Positions 39,066 through 51,193 of a DNA stretch of 64,000 bases are shown here, piece after piece. The position numbers were made by a program, and so were the translations under genes. The DNA comes from Epiperipatus broadwayi. Its lineage: Eukaryota > Animalia > Onychophora. Below the pieces are notes generated by a model that worked only from the letters and a program-made list of their open reading frames with translations, made no database searches and was not told the DNA's origin. Position 1 is the first letter of the stretch. The number at the start of each line of letters is the position of its first letter. The stretch spans positions 6,696,001 to 6,760,000 of the forward strand of contig JAQFVV010000002.1 in assembly GCA_028023455.1 (NCBI GenBank). Reading direction: 5' to 3'.

Positions 39066-39719
39066 TTTTGTTTAATTATTTTTCTGCTTTAATTTTTTTT
39101 TTTTTTTTGTCTAACTACAAAAGACTGGCTCTTTTACAAATAATGCCCTTTAGTGAATTATAATTCTTTTTTTTTTCTATTTTTTTTTTTTTCCCCAAAT
39201 AAAAGATTACCTCAAAATAATATATATATAACTTTAATTTAATATTTTTAAAAATATTAAATTATTTGGATAGGAATGATAAATAGATTTTTAAAAGAAA
39301 TGTTTTATTTAAACGAAGTTTTGTATACAGTTTCACCAACCTGATGTTTGTTAGTGGAGTTTCTTCGGTAACCTCTTAAATTTAGTAAAGATTTTATTTA
39401 TGCAATGTTTAGGTTTTCCACTAAGTTAATAGATAATTTATGACAAATGCAGTTAACTTAAGAAAAAGATTTCGATTTGCATAATAATATTCAATAAGAA
39501 TAAGATTAAGCCATTAAAAAAAATATTCACCTAAACAATAACGTCATAGAATTCTTTATCATTTTAACTATTAGCTTTAAATATTTAAAAAGAAAAATTC
39601 TAGTGAGCAATGTGAAAACTTTTGATTAACGAAACATATTTTCTCTTTGAGATTTGGTGCCATCTTCCGATTTTAATAATAATTAAAAAAAATATTGCAA
39701 CATGATTTATTCTGAATAC

Positions 39720-40270
39720 CAATTCTCGATGCGTATGCTTTTTATTTTAGACTGAAGTTTTAATTTTGATAAAAAAAAATCATAAAGCAAACATTATATA
39801 TGTTTGTATACAACTGAATAAAAATGTTTAAAAAGTCTTAAAATGTAGTTCAATTCATGATAGATTGAAATTTCAATTTAATCACTAATGCATATTGATA
39901 GTCAGATGCACATTTTTTTGGCATTAAAAAAGCATACAATGATCTCGTTCCACTATTCCAGAGGTATATATCATCTAACTGAATGATAGTTCTCAGAAGT
40001 ATAATGAAGAAAACATGCAAAATAGGCTAAAACATTATTTGATTTACAATAATAGTAGAGTAAATGTCTATAAAATAATGGAAGCATAAAAAGTATAAGT
40101 AAATATTAATTCATTGATATAAAATAAAGTTTAAAGATGCTAATATAGTGCATGTTTAAAAATACTTCCCAACCAGCAATAGTGGGATTGAAATAATTTA
40201 ACGACTAGTTCTATGGATTATTACTGAAAATTAATTTTATCATTTCCCTTTTATGACGTACACTACAAAA
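39720..40270 (+). repeat. Dispersed repeat, insertion-free relative of 17100-18150
   Basis: Collinear homology that lacks both inserts. Confidence 0.8.
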
Positions 40271-41695
40271 AAAAAATTACTATTTTTATAACATAATTTA
40301 TGTTTATAATTTTTTATATCTAAGTGTGCACAAATGTATAATAATTATTATTATAATTTTTATTTTATAATATTAAGAGTGCATAAAAAAAAACCTCGAA
40401 TTTATTACATATAAGTAAAATTTCCAATTAAAAATTTAAAAAGCATAATAAAATTCTTTAACTCAGAATATAATTCCAATTTCTTTTAATTAAATTTTTA
40501 TGCAAATTTCACTGAATAAGAAAATTCAGTACATAATGCAAATAAAGAGACTTATTGCCACAAAAGTCTATGAATACTTAGTCTAACGTAAGATTGCTGA
40601 ATATATTAAGTGTAAAGTAGTAAACTAAATAAGATTCAATTTGAACAGATTATGTGGTGACATCTGGTGATCAATATTTGCTAATTACTGTATTACTAAT
40701 AAACAAAACTATTTTGCAGAAGCACACTTTTCATATGTGGATATTTTTACGTTGTAAACTTTTATAAGTAAAACTTGTATTTATACTACTGATATATAAT
40801 CAGAATACAAATTTGCTTTATTTAATGAATAACAAATATGAATTTATTGCTACAATAACAAATGTGAGAATAATAATGTATTTCATAAATAATATAAGGT
40901 TTGTGTGTTGAATGATTGCTATGTAAATAACCTTTTTAATAATGATGGTTTTATGAAATTATTAAATTAATAAGATTACAATTATCATTTTAACAAACAA
41001 CATATTGATTGTGTAACTTTAGGAAGCAATTAATCTCATCCAATAAGAGCCATTCAATTGTATTATTAAACTTAATTAAACAAAATTTTATTGACTGTCT
41101 AAAAAACAAATATCCTATCTAATTTAATTATTAAATAAGAAACTACAACATTAAACAAAATGTGAATTTTAGGTAGTAATTGATTTCAATATAAGACCTT
41201 GTCATTTCAAAATAAATAATATCATATTACAAATATTAATAACATTGGCATCATAATGTTTTTGATTAAATTAAATTATTATGCATATATATATTTAGAG
41301 AACTGCAGAATTAATTTTAATAAGAGCAAAACAAATAACAAAAATTACTTTTTATTAAGCATTTATTACACTTGTTAATAAAATAACTTGTGTTTTTAAT
41401 AAAATATCTTTTTATATTTAATTTATTTTAACTGAAATTTAGATAGTATAACTTCTGATAGGTATGTTCTATTTCTTGTAAGAGTTATCATAAATATACT
41501 AAAATATACTACAATAAGATAATCAATAAGTTGGATTTTTTTCATTAAAAGTATGTATAAAGTAAATAATGTAATATATGTAGAAATATGAAAATAATAT
41601 TACAAATTTACAAAACAAACATGAAATTAATATATTTTCATAATAGACAATAATTGAAAAGCAAATAATGCATTTTAAAACATAAAAATAAGTTA

Positions 41696-41874
41696 CTTGG
41701 GTATTATTCCTGCAACCAAGGAAAGATAGGATGACTTTTCACATTCATATCAATACCCTGCTAACTTTTTAATAGTAATATTTTGGCAACATCAAACATT
41801 ACAAAGTTAGCAATACTTTGATACAAATGTAAAAAGTCCTCCTTTCTTTCCTTGGTTGCAGGAATAATACCCAA
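41696..41874. mobile_element. About 180-bp MITE with ~48-bp TIRs of the CTTGGGTATTATTCC family
   Basis: TTGGGTATTATTCCTGCAACCAAGGAAAGA at 41697 and its reverse complement ending at 41874. Confidence 0.75.
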
Positions 41875-42489
41875 TAGTATGAAAAAAATACACAAAAATA
41901 AATATTATAGAAGATATACACATACTTCTATGTAATGTAGTTGGATGCAACCAACCAAATTTTCATACTTTATTCTACATGTCTAGAAATAAAGCTATAT
42001 GTGATCCGTTTTTCTGCACAAAATTAACCAAACACAAATATATCTTTCTAAAAGTAAAAAAAGAAATATTCAAGATGATACTTTCACATACCCTACATTC
42101 AATCAATTGATTTTTAACAAAGAATAATAGCGAAATTTGTACAAATAGTTTTTAAAATCACATCGCAAAGCATACAGACAGAGACTGCTTACTGTCTGAA
42201 ATAGAACATCTGGTGTAGTTGAAATCTTCAATTTGGAGTGGAATTCTTGCATACAAAATGGGAATTTTGTCAGCTCCCCCTCTTCACCCTTCCTCCTTCT
42301 CCATAATGGTTAGAGCACATGATTGTGCAGTACATGCTGTAATGGAATTTTGCCAAGCAATCTAACTTTTGGAATAAACAAATGACCATTTATTTTTGGA
42401 AATGAACAACATCCAAAAAAAAAAAGAAAAAAAAAGGAAATAGCAATAATAACAAAGTCAATGTATTTATTCAATTAGTAAAGAAAAAA

Positions 42490-43310
42490 AACCTGTAAAT
42501 TGCAGCTCTTTGAGCAGGAAAGTCAATGTATTAATTAAATTAGAAAAATAGAATAAGAACTGTAAATTGCTTTTAGACTGGAGAAATAACTGGAAATTGC
42601 AGCATTTTGAGCAGATAACAAAGAAACAACAGCAGTAAGAATAAAGTCAACATATTCCATTAGGAATTCGAAAAATGAGTGTCAATTGCAGCACTTTGAG
42701 CAGATCAAAAAGAAACAACAGCAGCAATAACAAACTTAATGTATTAATTCAATTATTAAATAAAAACAACTGTAAATTGCAGCATTTTGATTAGATGGTT
42801 TTTAGACTGGAAAACTAACTGGAAATTGCAGCAATTTGAGCAGATAACAAAGAAAGAACAGCAGTAAGAATAAAGGCAACATATTAATTCCATTAGGAAT
42901 TTGAAGAATGGGTGTAAATTGCAGCACTTTGAGCAGATGGTTTTTAGACTGGAAAACTAACTGGAAATTGCAGCACTTTGAGCAGATAACCAAGAAACAA
43001 TGCAGTACTAATAAAGTTAACATGTTAATTCCATTAGTAATTCAAAAAATGAGTGTAAATTGCAGCACTTTGATCAGATGATAATTTTAAACTGGAGAAA
43101 TAACTATAAGTTGCAGCACTTGGAACAGATAAAGGGAAACAACAACAATATTAACATATTAATTTAATTCTTAAATAAAATAAAAATAACTGTACATTGC
43201 AGCACTTTTAGAAAATAAATGGAAACAACAGTATTAACAAAATCAACATTTTAATTTAGTTACTTAATTAAAAAATAAGTGTTAACTTCACCACTTTGAT
43301 CAGATGGTTA
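42490..43310. repeat. Compound minisatellite with core AAATTGCAGCACTTTGAGCAGAT, about 11 copies
   Basis: Cores near 42495, 42562 (partial), 42592, 42681, 42772, 42821, 42914, 42963, 43055, 43108, 43192 and 43282. Two linker types largely alternate (about 50- and 90-bp spacing). Confidence 0.9.
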
Positions 43311-43469
43311 TTAGATGGGAGGAAAAATGTTCTTGATGTCATTCAGTATGGAAAAGGAGGTGTCTTCATGTCTGTGTAATCTATGCCACATGAATTCTGC
43401 TAGGTAAATAACAAAGTTGAAATTAAAACTGATCAAACAAATTCACAACAACAAACAAGTAACTTTAAA

Positions 43470-43780
43470 ATGTAAACAACAAACTTTTGGAATCAGCAAA
43501 TGTAAAAATCTCCAAAAAATGCATGTGTATAATAGGTTTGGTTGACATGTTTTAAAACTCAGCAAAAATCTGCAAAAAAAAGCATGTGTATAATAGGTTT
43601 GGTTGACACATTTTAAAACATGTTTTGTGCACATTGAAAAACATGTCTTGTGTACATTGAAAAATATGTTTTTAGATGAGAAAAAAAATGCAGGTTTATT
43701 TCACATTTGCAAGATTATGCCTTTATCGCGTATATGAAAAGTCATCCTATCTTTACTAGGTTGCAGGAATAATACCCAAG
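43470..43780 (-). mobile_element. DNA-transposon-like end, inverted partner of 34567-34800, followed by TA
   Basis: ...GGAATAATACCCAAG|TA at 43766-43782; contains internal subterminal duplications. Confidence 0.7.
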
Positions 43781-44826
43781 TACCAAATTAGTATGTGTAA
43801 AATACAACACATATCAGTTATTTATTAATATGCAAATGAATGGTGTTTCTTTAATAAAATAATATTCTTAAAACTGAAGTATTGTAATTTTTATTGGTAA
43901 TTTGAAATATAACGATACAAGTCAAAAATTTCAAAGTAACATTTATTATTTATCAGTTGAAATTTAATGTTTATATAATACATATGCATGCCAACATTTA
44001 TATCAAAATATGTGTTTTCTTCTTTTTCAAATTACAAATAATTTTAGACCAAAGAATTTCAGTGTTGCATTACTTTTTAAAGATAAGAGAAAAACCAGAC
44101 AAAATATTAATCTAAATTTTACAAAAGACAATGGGTTTTCTAAATAAGGTGAAGGAATATCAATTGGTGATTTTAATAATCAATAACCTCAAAATAAGAT
44201 AATAGACTAACATTCCCACAAAAGAATTTTTAATATTATATATATATGATCATGTGTGGTATGAATATATATATATATTTAATCTTTTTATATATAAACA
44301 TATATTTAAACTCCCATGCCTTTTGTACTTTATACTAATTATCTCATAACAAAGTTCATATGAAGCAATATGCTTCTAATTTGTTTTCCAGAGACGTGAC
44401 TGGCATTCAATTGTTAAGGAAATGAATAGTGACTGGCAGGGCTGGGATAAATAAAGAATTTTGCCACCAGACAGTAAGGGCAAAATATAGCATAAACATC
44501 AGAAGTACTATTTCAATTTAAATACTATTAAGTAAATGTCAAAACCTCTAAATATTAATTAACATCAAAATCTTTACAATACAAAGCTTTTCTCATTGAG
44601 ATTTGTGAGATTTATAGGCTGAAGATCATGGTAACTGACTATGAAAAACAACTACAAACATATACCTCTAATATTAAGTTTTGAATGTCTTTAGAAAAAT
44701 TTGACTTTATTTAAATTTTCCAATTACATTCAACTGTTAGTAATAGCACACAGGCTAGTATATGCATACATTGAGAGGTATTATTCTCCTCTTTTTTGTA
44801 AGAGTTTCTGGCTTGACAGGTCACAA

Positions 44827-44914
44827 TACTAGCTTGGAAATCGAACCTGGACCTTAGATTCTTGAATATTAAATTTTTTTAAGGTAAGATTCTAACCAAC
44901 TGAGCCACTCTGTC
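44827..44914 (-). mobile_element. tRNA-derived SINE head or tRNA pseudogene
   Basis: A box TGGCTCAGTTGG and B box GGTTCGATTTCC; the acceptor stem does not pair. Confidence 0.65.
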
Positions 44915-46154
44915 AAAAACAACAGTCAGTAGAAATTTCTTATAGTTATTTATGAGACTCCTCTTGATTTCTCTATTTTTCCTTAATAACAAAGTTGATT
45001 AGTGGTTTCCATACATTACGTATAGTCACACTAGGTTAAGTTATGAAGTTATTCACCATTGTCATGTGAGCAGCTTTTTTTGAATTTTCTTCTTTGTATC
45101 TTTTCCTCTCTATCCAATATTCTTGTATTTCCCCAATTGAACATATCTTTATTGGTACATACATAGTCTGCTACCTTAGACATCTATTATTTCTCTTCTA
45201 ATCATAAGTTTGTACTCTTGGAATTGCTTTTCAATGAGGTGACTATCTCACAAATACACATTTTTTCATATTCACATGGTATTTCATATATGCAGTTTTT
45301 GCTATTCAGTATTTTAAGTTTAGACTTTGTAGATGTTAAAATTCCTCATACTGTGATATAGTTTTTGAAAGCTATTTTGATGTTATACTGATTGCAAATT
45401 TTTTTTAATTTGTCTGCTATTTTTAGTACATATGGCTACACTACAATACCAATAATTATTGTTTCTTTTGATGGTTCTTTTTATTGTATATAAGACAATT
45501 ATATATGAATTATTAAAGAACAAAATTATAATATCCAAATCAAAATATTAAAATGTAAATTATAAAATTATAAGGCCGGGAATAATTTTTAAATGTTCTT
45601 CATTTGCTGTAAAAAAAAAAATTTAAACAGTATTTGTCACAAATATGAATTAGCTAACAGTTTCATTTTATACAAAGTAGATTTTATGTTATTTGAAAAA
45701 GTATCAGTTGATATAGAGGGATCTTATTGTTTCTTCATTTATTTGGTTCCAAAAAATATTGTGGTAAATAAATGCATGATTATCTGGTTGCAAATATAAC
45801 ATAAAAATAATGATTGTTAAGATTGTATCCCAATAGCATTAATCATCTTTTTTATAATTGTCATTTTTATTGCATGCATATATATTGTCAAATTATATTA
45901 TTAACTCAATTTATCTTTTGCCTTAGCTCAATTCTATCATAATGATTCATCATTCCAGAAGTCAGACCAATCTCTCACACTATAATTACATTAGAAACAT
46001 ACTTTTCAAGTAATCCATATAGCATAAACAATTTAACTTCATATACACATTTTTATAGAGCTACTTAAGCTTAATTTCATATAATATGTAATTAATATTT
46101 TTCAAACTTCTATTCTGCCTCAGTACATATTAATTATTGAAACATATAATCAAA

Positions 46155-46270
46155 AACATGTGGAAAAAATAAATAACAACCAATATGAACATTTTGAGCT
46201 GAGACAGCACTTATCTGTTGGCCCATATTACAATCTCTTTCACATATCTGCATCATTTGCTCAATATATA
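46155..46270 (-). repeat. HHR family 1 copy E (old)
   Basis: Minus strand GCCAA CAGATAA(46217-46211) GTGCT GTCTC AGCTC AAAA TGTTCA TA TTGGT. Confidence 0.65.
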
Positions 46271-46883
46271 TATATATATATATAATCCACTAGACTAAAA
46301 CTACAAAATTTTAAAAATGCCTATATTAAATTGAAGATTAATATTATTTGCTATAGCCAGCTTATGGCATATTCTGCCATCTTAAGTAGCAATACATTAA
46401 TATTTAAATCTTATTAAACTCTCACACCAGTAATGTTCCCACATGAATTGCCTACTTTCCATAAATTGTGAATACTAACACAATTACACTGTTTATTCAA
46501 TATATTATCTGTACTATTTATAAAATATGACTCTTTAACTTTTTCCCCCTCAAATCATTTTCCATATGCAAAATAAAAACACTATCAAAGCAGAATTCTC
46601 CATTACAAATCACTGCATGTTCTGCAAAAACAGATTTATACCTATCTGCAGATTAATACAACTTATTATATAATAATTCATGTTCCCTAATCCTCTTTTT
46701 TGATGCACATTTAGTCTCCCTGATGTAACTATGTCCACAATAACATACCACTTTATATATAAATTACTGTAGTTTAATTGTAATTTAAAGGACTTAAACT
46801 CAGATTCTTAAGCTCCTAATAGCTATCCATTCCATTTTATATAACCAATACATATGACCACATTTGAAAAAGCTAAATGATCT

Positions 46884-46926
46884 CCAATATATGTATTTCA
46901 TGCTAAACTAGCACTCATCAGTTGGT
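46884..46926 (-). ncRNA. Type I hammerhead ribozyme motif with intact core (family 1, copy D)
   Basis: ACCAA CTGATGA(46921-46915) GTGCT AGTTT AGCAT GAAA(46899-46896) TACATA TA / TTGG: all core nucleotides present, G.U closing stem II, 4-bp stem I. Confidence 0.85.
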
Positions 46927-47143
46927 CCAAATCACAATTTCCCACACATATATACAATCAGTGCTCACTTTATATTAAGACAGAAAATCTTTAAACTTTA
47001 ATGGACAAGCTTTAAACTTCTCCACCCTCCAACTTTTCAGCATCTATATCATTAAAACTCTGAGAATGAAACACTCAAGGCCCTTATTTATGCTAATATT
47101 ATTGTCATGCCCATGTTGACTTTAAATCATTCTGACCCCTCAC
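46884..47143 (-). mobile_element. HHR family 1 copy D
   Basis: Collinear with 38190-38445; homology stops 4 nt past the cleavage site. Confidence 0.8.
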
Positions 47144-47674
47144 TCACACCTCTGATATATTCCCTTTAGGGATACATATTAATAACTTTTACTAGTCATT
47201 TATTAAGCTAGATATTATCTCTATCTTGAATATTTAGTGAATAATATATTTGCAGTATTATAGAAGTTGATCAGTATTTGATTTCCGTGCCCATTTTGAC
47301 AATTTTGATAACTTTCACTACACTACTCTTATGCAAGGCAGGGACTAGATTTTGTCCCATTTTAATACCCCGTGAAGTGGTGTATCATCCTTTGCACTGT
47401 AATATATTGTTAAATTATATTATTATCTAAAAATAACTTTGACCTTAGCTCATTCCTATTACCCATCCACCAGCCCAAAAGTAAGGTGATTCTTTCACAT
47501 TATAGATATATTAGAAACATATACTATTTCAAATAATCCATATAACATATGTTACAATTTAACTTCATATACACATTTTATTTTATTTTAGAAATACTTA
47601 AGCTTAACTTCATATAATATGTATTTAAATATTTTTCAAACTTCTATTCCTTCACACATTATTGAAACATATAA

Positions 47675-47790
47675 TCAAAGACATGTGAAAAAGATAAATA
47701 ATCCTTAAGATGTGCACTTCATGGTGAATCAACACATCAGTTCTGTCAGATCACAATCTCTTATACATATCTTCATCATTTGCTCAATAT
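47675..47790 (-). repeat. HHR family 1 copy F (very old)
   Basis: Flanks align to the family; the core has decayed to CTGATGT..GAAG (47740-47717). Confidence 0.5.
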
Positions 47791-50700
47791 TTAAATAGAT
47801 TGCAAATCACTACAATTTAATTGACAGGTTTCAAATTTTCTGCACTCAGACCTCTGATAAAAATCACTTTAAGAAAATATATTAATAACTTTTAGTAGTT
47901 ATTTATTAAACTAGATATTATCCTTAGATTCTAATCAGATAAAAGCTTTATTTAAATTGTTTCTAACTCCACATAATTTTAACATACATATACTACAATC
48001 AATTATATATAAATTATTAAAGAACAGAAATTCATGATATTATAAAATATAATAACTAACTTTTAAAATGTAAACTATAAAATTATAAAGCCCAGAAAAG
48101 ATTTTATAATGTTCTTCATTTGCTGCAAAAAGTTTTTAAACAGTATTTACCACTATTAGCTAACAGTTTCATTTTACACAAAGTAGATTTTATTTGTTAC
48201 TGAAAACGTAAAGAATGATATAGAGGGAGTTCATTGTTCCTCCAATTTAATTGGTTCCAAAAAAATATTGTGATAAATTCATGATCAACTGGTTGCAAAT
48301 ATAACATAAAAGTAATGATTGTTAAGACTGTATTCAAATAATACTAACCATTTTTTTTAAATAGTTGCGGCTTTACTTCATTAGTATTTGAAATCAATAT
48401 ATATATGCTTTTAATTATCATTTTTATTGCATACATAGCACAGGCAAATATACATATATCAAATGCCATTATAAGTTTTTGCAGTAAGTCCTGGCAATTT
48501 TTGTAACATTCTAATTAAATTTTTCAAGGCAGTGAAAGATAACTGGAAAACTATTCAAATGTTGAACTCATGTCTGATCTTACAATAAAAACACAGCTCA
48601 AAAAGATCATTTCATTTATAAAAATTTTCATGTCAGTGTATTAATTGATATAAATAAATTTGGATTGTGTTTTTCTTTTGTTATTTTTAAATTGCTATTG
48701 TATCCTAATATTAATTTTTATGCATAAAAAGTTAACTTATTGTCCTCTAAATAATTGTTATAAAAATAATTTTAATTTGTTAATGATGGATTATTTCCTT
48801 CACCTAGTTTAACTACAAAATTTATTTAGAAAAATCCAAAACTTATTCATATTTTTCTAAATACACTCAATTGTTAATAATAACATACAGTTTAACATAT
48901 AATACAATATTTTAGTGAAATTATTATTCATTTTTTTTGTCAGATGTTGCTGGCTTGATCAGAGACAATATTAACATAGGAATTAAATCAATGATTTATA
49001 TTTATGAATATTGCTGAATTTTAAAATGTTACTCTAATCAATTAGCTATTCTATCAAAGGCAATAATCAGCAGAAATTAAATAAACTAGGTATGCACCAA
49101 CTAGAAAAACAAAATAATATATTGGATGGAGAGAAAAAAATCAAAAGGAGTAAATTTAAAGCAATTACTAATATGTCATTATCATATAAACTCATACATC
49201 AACTGAACATGATAATCAATTAAATCTGGAAATCACTAATTAATCTTCCCTTTAAAAAAAAAAAAAGAAATCATGAGATGCTTTGCCAGGACAATCTTAT
49301 TAATTTGAGTGTCATGGTTGGTTTGATTCTTGTGTTATTTTATTCTGTCACTAAAATCCACTTCCAAAACATCACATTCACTGTGATTGTACTGTCCTTA
49401 GTAAAGACTGCAACTAAGAATTGACAACCTCTTAAGTCTGTTCCCATCATTGCTTTTGTAATTTTTTGAAGCATAGGCTAAATAAAAAAAAAAAGAAGAG
49501 AGAATTGAAGTTAGAAATATTATGTGTGGAGTTAAAGAATGGAAATATTGCACTCAATCCCATTGTCACAGTTAATATAAAGACATGTTCAAGACATAAT
49601 AACCAGGCCGAATTCTTTAAGTATCTGAAGAAGGTAAAGAGGAAGACAGAAAACACTGGTTGTATTGGAAACAGCAATTAGAACTTTAATAAATCAAACA
49701 TCTTATTTTACAAGCCAATAGAAGTTTTGGGTCAGGTATTGTTTATTTATTTAGAGTTGTCCTTTATATATAAATGCCATTTTCTTAGCCAACTCCTCTG
49801 TATTGACTGGTAGTCTGAACACAGCACCAAACACCTGTATATAAGTCTCATCTATTAAATATATAAATTTGAGAATATAAACTTGTTTACAAACCCATAT
49901 TTAGTTTAAATATGTTACTATAATTCATTGGATAGATTGATAAAGAATTATTTTAACAAATTTTCAAATAACATCCATTTCCATGAATATGTTTATATTC
50001 TCAATATTCATGTTTAATAAAAATAACTTAATTATAGGTTTATTAAAATTATTAGACTTGCATTAAATTTATGATTTGAGACATTAATAATTACAAAAAA
50101 TACCTGCTAATATAAAAGTTTTATACATTTAAAGAATTAATGCTTAGTTTATTTACCATTTAAAAACTTGAGAATCAAAAAAATAATAATAATTATCTTT
50201 TACATATACAATAAATTTGCATTTATATGAAAAAATTGTCATTATTTGCAAATTTGTTAAAAATAATTCTTAAGGAATCTGAAGTGTAATTTATAACATT
50301 CTAATTGGACTTAATTTATCTATGAATAACTTGTTTTTTGTTTATAATTATAATTTTTAAATAATTTGAAAAATTTTAATTGATATCTCTATAATTTTGT
50401 TTGACAATAAAAATTAGTGAATTACACATATTATAATTTATTATATTCTATCTTTATTAAATTTTAATTATTTTTTCCTTTTTTGTTAAAAAAAAAGATT
50501 GTGAATAGCTATCACTTTATCGAATATTATTTTTATTTTTTTAAAAAAATTATTATTTAATATCAATTTATAATTTTGATCATTTTTAAAAATAAATAAA
50601 TATTATTATTACTATTGCTGTAGTTTATGAAGAGGCATCAAGAATGGTATGTTGCCACAGAAATATTCCATGATATTGTATGATATATTTAAGTTGAACA

Positions 50701-51113
50701 GAGAAATGAAAATAAAAAAAAACAAATGTTTGATATTAAATATAAGATATATTTTAAAATAATGGGTAAATTCGTATTAAAAATTATCTTAAAAATGGAA
50801 TAGGAATAAAATATAAATACCCTATGTTGATATTCATATGAAGATTTGTTAAAGTTTGCCATTTACTTTTTTATGTGCACAACTACTTACTGTAACATAC
50901 ATATGTCATTAATAATATTTTCTATTATAATTATTTTTGTAATAAAGATGATTGAATGAAAGGTAAATGAAAGACATCTAATTAACTTTCTTACAGATTA
51001 TAAATTAGATTTAAAATTTATTAATATTGTTGGGGACATAGCAGAGTTTTTTATAAAATAAATCAATTGGTCATTTGTGAAATAATGTAATATTTGAGCA
51101 TTGAAAGTGACAA

Positions 51114-51193
51114 GCATTGGTGGCCGAGTGGTCAGCACAGCTGCCTTACAAGCATGTTGTCTCGGGTTCATGGGTTCGCTTCCCAGCCGATGC
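51114..51193 (+). mobile_element. tRNA-like SINE head or pseudo-tRNA (Val-TAC-like loop)
   Basis: Acceptor stem GCATTGG/CCGATGC pairs. A box TGGCCGAGTGG, loop CTTACAA, B box GGTTCGCTTCC (non-consensus), a duplicated GGGTTC, and an A-run shortly downstream. Confidence 0.65.

Larger units (their letters stand above)
45490..48440. repeat. Patchwork of local direct duplications
   Basis: About 45500-45880 matches 48010-48430, about 45975-46270 matches 47495-47790, and about 47170-47220 matches 47877-47925. Confidence 0.8.

Noticed and set aside
42150-42380. GC-richer block with a possible minus-strand donor site
   Set aside because: Each frame is interrupted or unrecognisable; it could not be assigned as exon or transposase.
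42490-43310. CRISPR-like repeat-spacer appearance
   Set aside because: The spacers are related to one another, lengths alternate, repeats are degenerate, there are no cas genes, and the context is eukaryotic.
44803-44815. 13-nt match (CAAGCCAGAAACT, minus) to the family 2 ribozyme
   Set aside because: No CTGATGA or stem I nearby; likely coincidence.
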